32,000 nt of DNA, from NCBI RefSeq assembly GCF_001462395.1, contig NZ_LNTB01000002.1, positions 78,836-110,835 of the forward strand, in the 5' to 3' direction. The notes beneath the pieces were generated by a model. It was not told where the DNA came from. It ran no database searches and saw only the letters and a program-made list of their open reading frames with translations. This DNA is from Pyrodictium occultum. Its GTDB lineage: Archaea; Thermoproteota; Thermoprotei_A; Sulfolobales; Pyrodictiaceae. Of the stretch, positions 8,421-16,607 are shown one piece after another (position 1 is the stretch's first letter; each line of letters starts with the position of its first letter). The position numbers and the translations under genes were made by a program.

Positions 8421-10178
8421 ATGTCGGTATTATCACTACTCCAAACACCACTAGTTCTATACACAGTTATCCTGACCATTACTTGGTTCTCCCTATTGGT
8501 GATTTCAGAGATCGCCCCCATAAAACCTAGTCTCAGCCCGAAAACTAGTAACAGACTAATGCATTCAATTTTTATAATTTACATTTTTATAACAATATTT
8601 TTCATCAAATTAAATTTAGTCTTGTATCCATATTTACATGCGATTATGATCGCACTCATTCTCTTACTCATACTAGGATCAATGCAGCATAATCCAAAGT
8701 CTTTGCTCTTGGTAGCCCTCTCTACAGCTATAACGCCCATAATAGTCATGACATCTACAAAGCACCCGCTTCCACTAGGTGATGACGCACGCTTCATTGG
8801 GTTCGCCCAAGCCATCTATAGAGATGGGAGATGGATACCGTTCAAATACCAGGAAAACACGTACTATCAGCCATTCCATCTAATACCTTTCCTCGAATAT
8901 ATTCTAGCAGTATTGCTAGGCCTCAACTTAAAAAACATTGAAGCATACTATCTCCTCCTAAAATTTAGCCTCTGGCTCACTTATATGATCTCCACTTACC
9001 TAGTTATAAAGAACTTAAGTAATGATTACTCTAAGTCATTAGTAGGTATACTGCTTCTATCTATAACTCCCCCAATCGCTCTAACCCAGGTAGTTCACCA
9101 AGCTTATGCGATAGTGCTTTTCCTGATAACAGCCTCAGTATTAGTGAAGGAAATAAGGGTTAGGCAGAGCTTAAACACACTGTTCCTAGTTATAATAGTA
9201 TTATGGATTGCTGGAATAATTGCTCATGCAACCTATACTGTGATGTTTCTAGCATTCATTTTACCCCTCTTCTTAATAGAAAGGGAGGGGGTTTCTAAGA
9301 AAAACATTGCATTGCTCTCAGCAACACTAGTATCAATTAGCATCATTTATTGGACATACCTATACATGCTTGACGAGATTGTACGATCAACAATAAGTGC
9401 TACGACAAGACTCATAGATTTACTAATAGGGAGAACACCGTTCTCCCCCTTCCATGGAACAGCAAAACCCTGGTACACGTCATCTACATCAACATTTTTC
9501 ATAGCCTGGGCCTTTGTTCCCTCCATAGTAGCCTCATACATACTCCTTCTCCTTTCAAAAATAATATTTAAACATTGGAAATACTCTTGGAGTTTCATGG
9601 AACTGTTAGGTTTTCTAGGATTAAGCGGAACAGCCGTAAACTATATCTTACGCGCTCTCTCCACTTTTGGCGGCAGGTACTTCTACTGGCTATACATACT
9701 AATGATCCCGCTGGCAACTATGGTAGTAAAGAAAGTATCAAGAAGCCCACTCAGTCTATTACCCTCCATAATCCTGATCTCCACGGCTGCGTTTTACGGC
9801 ATACAGGATCCAACAATGGCTGCTAACACTTATGGAAACTATATTGGCTGGGCAGACAGAACCAGCTGGCATATAGCCCTAGAGCTACAGCCATACCTTG
9901 GCCACAGAGCATCCAAATGGATCGATCCAAGACTGTCAGCACCACTAAGCTCCACAGCTCCGCTACCAGCAGGTAATGGGAGAATCAACTATCAGCAAAA
10001 GGTAGCAATAATAGGTGTTGATAAGGTAGGATTGAAAGGCGCCTCAAAGGACCCACGTAATGTAGACTGGTTTATAAGAAATTTCAACGTAGAACCACAT
10101 AACATCATGAATAAGCTAGACGAATTTAGTGTAATTCTAAACATCGACAAATATATCGGGATATGGGGAAACCCTTGA
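8421..10178 (+). CDS. Polytopic membrane protein, probable GT-C-type (ArnT/PMT-like) lipid-phosphate-sugar-dependent glycosyltransferase
   Basis: 585 aa with about 12 or more TM segments plus a ~120-aa C-terminal soluble domain. The first loop, GDDARFIGFAQAIYRDGRWIPFKYQENTYYQPF, resembles the D-[DE]-x-R-[YF]...G-x-W...Y-x-[KQ]-P signature of GT-C enzymes. This is recalled from memory and needs an HMM check; a Wzy-type polymerase is the alternative. Confidence 0.5.
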   Translation: MSVLSLLQTPLVLYTVILTITWFSLLVISEIAPIKPSLSPKTSNRLMHSIFIIYIFITIFFIKLNLVLYPYLHAIMIALILLLILGSMQHNPKSLLLVALSTAITPIIVMTSTKHPLPLGDDARFIGFAQAIYRDGRWIPFKYQENTYYQPFHLIPFLEYILAVLLGLNLKNIEAYYLLLKFSLWLTYMISTYLVIKNLSNDYSKSLVGILLLSITPPIALTQVVHQAYAIVLFLITASVLVKEIRVRQSLNTLFLVIIVLWIAGIIAHATYTVMFLAFILPLFLIEREGVSKKNIALLSATLVSISIIYWTYLYMLDEIVRSTISATTRLIDLLIGRTPFSPFHGTAKPWYTSSTSTFFIAWAFVPSIVASYILLLLSKIIFKHWKYSWSFMELLGFLGLSGTAVNYILRALSTFGGRYFYWLYILMIPLATMVVKKVSRSPLSLLPSIILISTAAFYGIQDPTMAANTYGNYIGWADRTSWHIALELQPYLGHRASKWIDPRLSAPLSSTAPLPAGNGRINYQQKVAIIGVDKVGLKGASKDPRNVDWFIRNFNVEPHNIMNKLDEFSVILNIDKYIGIWGNP

Positions 10179-11287
10179 AGATTCTTTTCCAAACAATAGG
10201 TGTTTTAATACAATATAATTGGGCTTTACCATACTATTTGAGTAGAGAGGACGTTAAAATTACTCTCATAACGAATATGTTTTCCTACTTTATGGGCGGG
10301 TATTATTACCACTTTAAAGCACTTAATAAGCTAACACCGCTTTTCACGGGCTTCGGGTTACCTTATACCCAGCAATACGACAAAAATATTACCAGTAACA
10401 TTCCAGTAGGTAGGCTTAGTAGAGGATCTGATGTAATCCATCTTAATGATTCAAAAAATCCTCTTACGAAAAGACTGTTAAATGTAGATAAACCTAAGCT
10501 TTTCTTCCTTCATGGATCGCTAGATATAATAAATCTAGCTAATCCGCCTAAAGAATTAGAGGAAATAAGATCTAAAGTTGATGCGTTCGTGGTTGCAAGC
10601 AATCATGCCGCCTATACTGTTAGGAGAGTGCTCGGGTTCACGCCGATAGTTATACATCACGGCATAGATACTATGATATTCAACCCCTTCAATATCACTA
10701 AGCAGAGAGCGAGAGAAAAACTGTCAATACCATTGAATAAAAGGGTTATATTATAGGTCGCCCGGATAAGCCCTGAGAAAAACCTCCAGATGGCCATCAA
10801 AGCCCTCCCACATGTGGTTAGTGAGGATAAAGATGTTCTACTGGTAGTTAAAGGGAGAACAGTAGATAGAAAGTATTTGGGTTTCATTCTCAAGCTGATT
10901 AAGAAGCTAAATGTGAGTAAATATGTAAGATTTGATTTCAAATGGAGCCCCAACGTGACTATGGTCTATTATTATTATCGGGCTGCAGATGTTTATGTAC
11001 ATACATCCTTGTCCGAAGCTTTTGGCTCCCTAACACTCTTAGAAGCTATGGCTTCAGGGACGCCAGTAGTAGCAAATAACGCTTCAAGCATCCCTGAAGC
11101 CGTTGGTAATGCTGGCCTACTAGTAAACTCAGAGGAAGAACTAGCTGAAAAGATTCTAGAAATACTGCATGATGATAGCCTAAGACGCAAACTATCTAGA
11201 GAAGGCTTTAGAAGAGTTATCGAAAATTTTTCGTTAAAAATAACTGCTAAGAAATATCTACAACTATATAGAAAATTGATGGGTTAA
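10163..11287 (+). pseudogene. GT4 glycosyltransferase split by a single in-frame TAG (10754..10756)
   Basis: ORFs 10163..10756 and 10790..11287 are in the same frame. The 11 codons after the TAG read VARISPEKNLQ with no stop, so the junction ...NKRVIL*VARISPEKNL... restores the canonical GT4 'vGR.s.eKn' motif. The C-terminal half has SLSEAFGSLTLLEAMASGTPVV. An alternative start at TTG 10175 overlaps the upstream TGA. Confidence 0.7.
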
Positions 11288-11305
11288 AAAGGTGTAAGCA
11301 AGGAC

Positions 11306-11818
11306 GTGGTGCTAGTTAGCATAGTAATATTAAACTACAATTGTAGTTTAATATTACATTGTGAAGAGTACTTGAACAGATTGCTTGGAAGTTGCTCTAT
11401 ATTAACTACTAGAGGACATGCTTTTGCTGTTCTTATACGGAGGGAGACAGTTATAGATTGGAAACCACGACATGATCTTTCAGCACTTGAGACCTTCAGC
11501 CTTGCACAACATATATTATCTAAGGGATACCTATGGATAGAGCTTTTTAAACCCTGTTGTATTCATCTAAAGGAGCTAAAATATGGAGCAGGTATAAGCC
11601 GTTATTTTAGACAAGGTCTTTGGGAAGGTGCAGGGGCTAGACTTGTAGGAATCAAGAAAAGACATATGCTTGAGGAAGTTGTTGCTAGATTATTAGGAGG
11701 GGTCTTAACCGCTTTAATTACTCATGATGTAAAACATTTAGCTAATAATACAGCTTTAAGACTAGGGCTACTTCTAGGTTATCTTGTACCTTATAAATTC
11801 AGAGTCTGGCGTAGATGA
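11306..11818 (+). pseudogene. GT2 glycosyltransferase remnant (apparent internal deletion of the catalytic core)
   Basis: 170 aa. The N-terminus VSIVILNYN is the usual GT2 opening strand, but within ~30 residues the sequence is already at a late-GT2-like segment (RGHAFAVLIRRETV) and a helical tail. No DxD region is present. GTG start. Confidence 0.4.
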
Positions 11819-11900
11819 AATGTTTTGTGTCACAGCGTTGTTCGGAAATAAAAATTCCAGTTTATTAAACTAAGACAGCGTATTTAGTGAAAAGTCCAAG

Positions 11901-13106
11901 TTGAAAATACTTATTATCTCAGAGCCCTTTTGGCCTAAGGGTAGCGGAGGTCCTCTAGCCACTTATCTTATAACTAGGATTCTAGCAAGGAATAGAGACT
12001 TTAATATAACTGTTGTTATTGGCACTGAGAAATCGGCTAAGATAAGAAACGTTGAATTCATTGTGGATCCTATGCTTAGAGCTTCAAATAAGGTAAAGTT
12101 GTTACTAAGACTTACTAATCCTGTGGTAAGGCATAAATATGAGAAGCTTATAAAAAAATTCGATATATTGTATATTCCATCATACTCCCCCTGTGGTTAT
12201 CCTCTAATACCTATTGCTAAGAGGCTTGGGAAGAAGGTGGTTGTTCACCTCCACGACTACCAGCCCTTCTCCTACAACTCCGTCATACCGGCAGGCCGCC
12301 ACGGTAGTGTTTTGAATGGTGTCAGCTACGAGGCCCGGTACGAGGTTTACGAGCATGGCAGCGTTGGGAGGGCTGTCCTGGGATCCCTGGCGACCCCTCT
12401 CATAGGTCTTTACAGGCTGTGGGTTAGACAGGCGGATGCAGTCGTATGCGTCTCAAGGAGGCAGGCGGAAATAGTGGCTGAGATAGCGCCAGAGCTTAGG
12501 GGCAGGATCAGGGTCGTATACAACCCCCTCCCAGACGTCCCCCCAACGGAGAAGAGGCTTGGAGACCCCGCCTTCCTATATCTAGGCGGTGACAGCTACA
12601 TTAAGGGGTTCCATGTTCTCCTGGGCGCTTCCCGGAAAATCCTGGAGCATTATCCCAATGTAGAATTCCTGCTAGCCGGGAGATTCAGGGATTCAAGCAG
12701 GCTCCTCGTCGAGAAGCTGAACAGAAGGTTTAATGAAGCATATAGGGTGCTAGGCTACCTGAAGCATGAAGATATTGTAAGGCTTCACGGAGAGAGCTAC
12801 GCCCTCCTCTTCCCATCAGTAGTCGAGGAGCCCTCGCCATACGCTGTCCTCGAATCCATGCTGGCCGGGACGATACCAATAGCTTCGAGGGTGGGCGGGG
12901 TCCCCGAGATAGTTGAGGGTACACCCGCCGAGAGAATGCTCTTCACGCCAGGCGATGCAGGCGAGCTAGTGGACCGTATCGAACACGTTTTATCCTTCTC
13001 CAAGGAGCAGCTAGTCGATATGGGGTTTAAGCTGAGGGAGTCTGTCACGAGGAAGTTTAATAACGAAAGAATTAAGCGAGAGCTGATGAAAGTGTTTACT
13101 ATATAA
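11901..13106 (+). CDS. GT4-family glycosyltransferase (compositionally chimeric)
   Basis: Starts MKILIISEPFWPKGSGGPLATY. Carries GGDSYIKGFHVLL and E-x7-E (EPSPYAVLE) plus AGTIPIASRVGGVPEIV. TTG start. GC changes from about 33% to 53-60% near 12235 inside the intact ORF. Confidence 0.75.
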   Translation: MKILIISEPFWPKGSGGPLATYLITRILARNRDFNITVVIGTEKSAKIRNVEFIVDPMLRASNKVKLLLRLTNPVVRHKYEKLIKKFDILYIPSYSPCGYPLIPIAKRLGKKVVVHLHDYQPFSYNSVIPAGRHGSVLNGVSYEARYEVYEHGSVGRAVLGSLATPLIGLYRLWVRQADAVVCVSRRQAEIVAEIAPELRGRIRVVYNPLPDVPPTEKRLGDPAFLYLGGDSYIKGFHVLLGASRKILEHYPNVEFLLAGRFRDSSRLLVEKLNRRFNEAYRVLGYLKHEDIVRLHGESYALLFPSVVEEPSPYAVLESMLAGTIPIASRVGGVPEIVEGTPAERMLFTPGDAGELVDRIEHVLSFSKEQLVDMGFKLRESVTRKFNNERIKRELMKVFTI

Positions 13107-13300
13107 ATGTGTGGGATAATGAGGCCGGCAGACCAGACTAATACCTATAATACTGACGGCAACTATACCTACGTTTTTCACAGCCCAGGGATCGAGCCGT
13201 GGGTTCCAGGCCTTCTGAAGGCGAGGCACTCTCTAGGCAGATAAACTTAGAGAAAGGTAAAACGCTAACAATGTACAATATTACGTTAATGAAAATACTC

Positions 13301-13315
13301 TTTAATATTTATAAG
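13301..13315 (+). promoter_or_regulatory. Candidate TATA box/promoter for the 13371 gene
   Basis: tttaatatttataag lies about 55-70 nt upstream of ATG 13371. GGTGA (13362..13366) lies 5 nt upstream of the ATG as a Shine-Dalgarno-like element. Confidence 0.35.
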
Positions 13316-13370
13316 AAGAGGGCGGGAAGCAAGCTTTACTTGATATCGTTTAAGGTTAAAGGGTGATAGT

Positions 13371-14321
13371 ATGAAAGTTGTGACGCTACCCGTTTTAAGC
13401 GTCGCAGTTTCTGGGGGCCGTGTATATGCTCTATTAAAGGAGTCAGATGGTAGGCTCTCCCTGGCTTCTTTCAACCGTGAACTGGAGGTTGAGGACAAGC
13501 TTGCAGCTCTAAAGGGTTCTAGAGGCTTTGTACTGGATGCATGGAGAGATTCCCTCCTGTTCTCAGTAGATAATAAGCTCTACGCCTTAAGGGGTGGTGA
13601 GGTTAAAAGTGTCCTTAGGGCTCACCTGCCGGTTAACATCTTCTGGCATGCAACTAGAGCGAATGGACACGTCTATGTCCAGGAGTATGGAGAGAGCCCT
13701 ACGGGAATATTTGAGCTGGATAGGGATTACGAGAGCTCTCGGCTATTGATCACTAATAGGGATCTCGATAAAGGCTCTAAGCACTTTCACAGCGTAGTGT
13801 ATGATCCGTTTAGAGGCTGGCTAGTAGCCACGCTCGGGGATGGGAATTTATTGAGAGTTGCTGTCTCAGCTAATGGCGGGGAGAACTGGCGCCCTCTCTA
13901 CAGGGGTCCCTGGCAGTTCGTCCCCATCGTTCCTTTGAAGGATACAATCGTGTTCGGTATGGATAGCGGGATTGCGAGGGGTGGTGTAGGGATATATTAT
14001 CCTAGCAAGAAGAGGTGGAGGTTCATATTTCTTAAATGGATTAATGAGAGAGTTAAGCTTGCCCAGATGAGTGATTTGAAGCTGCTAAGCAATGGTTTAT
14101 GGGTAGCTGCTCTAGGCACTCCTCAGGCGATAGTTGTCTCTAAAGATTTGAAAACATGGTATCCCCTATATGTTGAGGGGTTTGATGAGCATTTTAACCA
14201 CTATATGCAGGTGAGTGTGGGAGAGGACTTCATAGCGTGTTCAACAGGTAGAAGCCTTCTGGTGTTTAGGAAAGACGAGGTATATAATGCTTTGAATAAG
14301 AGCGAACCTGCAATGGCTTAA
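13371..14321 (+). CDS. Hypothetical protein, possible beta-propeller with degenerate Asp-box (BNR-like) motifs
   Basis: 316 aa, beta-rich by eye. SANGGENW and SKDLKTW resemble the S-x-D-x-G-x-T-W Asp-box. No clear signal peptide. Confidence 0.5.
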   Translation: MKVVTLPVLSVAVSGGRVYALLKESDGRLSLASFNRELEVEDKLAALKGSRGFVLDAWRDSLLFSVDNKLYALRGGEVKSVLRAHLPVNIFWHATRANGHVYVQEYGESPTGIFELDRDYESSRLLITNRDLDKGSKHFHSVVYDPFRGWLVATLGDGNLLRVAVSANGGENWRPLYRGPWQFVPIVPLKDTIVFGMDSGIARGGVGIYYPSKKRWRFIFLKWINERVKLAQMSDLKLLSNGLWVAALGTPQAIVVSKDLKTWYPLYVEGFDEHFNHYMQVSVGEDFIACSTGRSLLVFRKDEVYNALNKSEPAMA

Positions 14322-14343
14322 AGGCATAGTAAGGTTTAAGATG

Positions 14344-14376
14344 AGAGTTCGTCATAGCCATTATATGACGAACTTT
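14344..14376 (+). terminator. Stem-loop followed by a T-rich tract downstream of the 13371..14321 gene
   Basis: Perfect 11-bp arms agttcgtcata (14346..14356) and tatgacgaact (14364..14374) with a 7-nt loop; extendable by G-T and A-T pairs. It is followed by tttgtgttg and begins 23 nt after the stop codon. Confidence 0.35.
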
Positions 14377-14461
14377 GTGTTGAGCCATGGAATATAAGAA
14401 AATGCTATTAATAGCTGCTACGGCTACAGTTATTGGACTTAAGGAGCTTGATTCTAGGAGT

Positions 14462-14518
14462 ATTTTCTAAGCTGTCTGATCTTCTAACAAAGAATCGTCT
14501 CAAACGAGCTTAGAAAAT
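14462..14518. repeat. 12-bp inverted repeat (attttctaagct / agcttagaaaat) with a 33-nt spacer
   Basis: Read directly: 14462..14473 pairs with 14507..14518. It lies in the 413-nt spacer upstream of the P-loop gene. Confidence 0.6.
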
Positions 14519-14734
14519 TATACTTTAATGAAGCCCTAAGGAGGGGAAATGCCGAACTCAGAAAAAGATTCTAGAAAAACATATAATCTATCTACAAGAT
14601 TAGTGGATGCGTCGGAAGAAAAACACGGACCCATATTGATACGTTGTATTTGTTCTAAAAGGGCAAAAGATAGAGGAATCTTAGTGAGAGGGCTGATGTA
14701 GGCATATACCTCGCTAAAAAGGGGAAAGCTAGCC

Positions 14735-15376
14735 TTGCCGAGGAGGCATATAATTGTGTTTGTTGGCCATGTTGGGGCTGGCAAAACTACACAGGCAAAA
14801 TATTTAGAAGCATATTTAAAGAAAAGAGGTCAAAGATCAAAGTTTACTTATTTGAAAACATATTTTGTTTTTACAAATAACTTACTGCGAATATTTAGAA
14901 GAATGAATATTAGTAGAATAGGTCTCTATTTTATTCATCGGTTGCTGGTTGTACTGGACCTAGTAATTAATGTCTTTATTCTTCCTCTTTTAGCCTTATT
15001 TAGAGTTAGAATACCTTCTAAGTTTTACAAATACATTCTTATTGAGGAGTATTTGCCTGGAATTCTTGTGGATTATGTTCATGCGAAATTAATACTTAGA
15101 TTAAATAAGAAATTCTTAATGAGGGCTATGCATGTTTTACTCAGACTTCTCTACATCGACTCAACAACGATCATATTAGTGTGCAATGCTCAATCCCTGC
15201 CGTACCGCTGGAAGGCTAGAAATACTCCTCCAGAAGCACCCTCTTACCTCAAGGTGCAAGAGAAAGTATTTACCCTATGGAGTAAACACGTGGAAAACAC
15301 TTTTTACGTATCTACTGAAGGAAGAAGTGTCAAGGAAACGAATCGAGAAATAAGAAAGCTGTTAAATATTCCTTAG
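14735..15376 (+). CDS. P-loop NTPase, nucleotide/nucleoside-kinase-like (Tmk-like N-terminus) with a hydrophobic insertion
   Basis: IIVFVGHVGAGKTTQAKYLEAYLKKRG contains Walker A and resembles the thymidylate-kinase-type opening. A ~35-residue hydrophobic stretch follows (IGLYFIHRLLVVLDLVINVFILPLLALF). TTG start. Confidence 0.55.
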   Translation: MPRRHIIVFVGHVGAGKTTQAKYLEAYLKKRGQRSKFTYLKTYFVFTNNLLRIFRRMNISRIGLYFIHRLLVVLDLVINVFILPLLALFRVRIPSKFYKYILIEEYLPGILVDYVHAKLILRLNKKFLMRAMHVLLRLLYIDSTTIILVCNAQSLPYRWKARNTPPEAPSYLKVQEKVFTLWSKHVENTFYVSTEGRSVKETNREIRKLLNIP

Positions 15377-15401
15377 TTTAAAAATTGAGGTACTTAGGGA
15401 A

Positions 15402-16607
15402 ATGAAGCCTCTTATAATAGCACCAAATGATCTAAGGATACGTGAAGGCACGACTATAAGGATTACAGGGCTTATAAAGAGTATTGCCCCCAATATGGAG
15501 AAAATATATCTTGCCTCAGCGTTCATAAACAAAGAGTTATCCCAACTACATAATTTAGAGTGGGTTAAGATTAGATTCCTAAGAGCATTAACATTACTAT
15601 CCATAAATTATTCAAGCATTATGTCGAGGCATTTCTTTGATATTGGTTTAACACGTATCATGATAAATAAGGAAATACGTGACGCTGACGTAATTCATGC
15701 TCATTGGATTCTCACCTTACCCTTAGCGGTAGGTATTCATAAATATAATGGAGCCCCCATAATTGTAGACCTTCACGGGCTTTTCGAGCTCCAATCCCAA
15801 AGCCCATCCATTTCTCTTGCAGGCTGGCTCTTAGTTAACCTGTCTAGGATAATTGAGGTAATGCGCGTGAGAGATAAATACATAGAAGCCTTCACTGTTC
15901 CCTCGGAGCCCCTTAAGCAATATCTTATACGCAGGTATGGACTGCCAGGTGACAAGATATTTGTGGTTCCAGATGGTATAGACATTAATGATATCCCTAG
16001 TTATGATGAGGATCTCGCTAATCAAATGAGGAACATGCTTGGCATAAAAGATGAGCATGTGGTTGCCTATGTGGGAACAGTATCGTATTTCCATGGGTTT
16101 CACGATTTACTGAAGGCTTTCAAAATAGCTAAGCACCGCATAGAAAACATAAAACTGCTACTCATAGTTCCAAACAGAGTACAAGCACTTAATATAGCGG
16201 GCAGAACCGGCATAAGTGATCAAGACCTCATAGTTCTCGAAAATATTCCCCGGAGAAAAATATACTATTACCTCTACCTATCCGACGTTCTCGTAATACC
16301 CCACAGAGCCGGTACTCAGTTCGAGTTCCTACCCTCCAACAAGCTTCTCGACTATATTGCTTCAGGCAAGCCTATAGTAGGCTATGATCTGCCAAGCATC
16401 AGACATCTTCTATACAAGTATGAGCCGAAAATACTAGTTAAACCTAATGATCCAGAAGCCCTAGCCTCTGGAATAATAAATGCTCTTCAAATAAACAGAC
16501 GGGCACCATATAAGGTTATTAAAGCAGTCTTAAGTAAATATTCATGGAATAACGTAGGAAAGCAATTACTAAGTGTTTACAGGAGGGTTAAGGGAGGTAT
16601 TAGATAA
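15402..16607 (+). CDS. GT4-like (GT-B) glycosyltransferase
   Basis: 401 aa. Has the HAHWILTLPLAV / VDLHG N-domain pattern, VAYVGTVSYFHGFHDLLKAF and FLPSNKLLDYIASGKPIVG in the C-domain. TGAGGT lies upstream of the ATG. Confidence 0.65.
   Translation: MKPLIIAPNDLRIREGTTIRITGLIKSIAPNMEKIYLASAFINKELSQLHNLEWVKIRFLRALTLLSINYSSIMSRHFFDIGLTRIMINKEIRDADVIHAHWILTLPLAVGIHKYNGAPIIVDLHGLFELQSQSPSISLAGWLLVNLSRIIEVMRVRDKYIEAFTVPSEPLKQYLIRRYGLPGDKIFVVPDGIDINDIPSYDEDLANQMRNMLGIKDEHVVAYVGTVSYFHGFHDLLKAFKIAKHRIENIKLLLIVPNRVQALNIAGRTGISDQDLIVLENIPRRKIYYYLYLSDVLVIPHRAGTQFEFLPSNKLLDYIASGKPIVGYDLPSIRHLLYKYEPKILVKPNDPEALASGIINALQINRRAPYKVIKAVLSKYSWNNVGKQLLSVYRRVKGGIR

Noticed and set aside
13011-13498. Minus-strand ORFs 13011..13229 and 13286..13498, and ORF 14536..14784 (-), in or beside island spacers.
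   Set aside because: They have no motifs and overlap the ends or starts of well-supported + strand genes or promoter-like AT-rich DNA. Every credible island gene is on the + strand.
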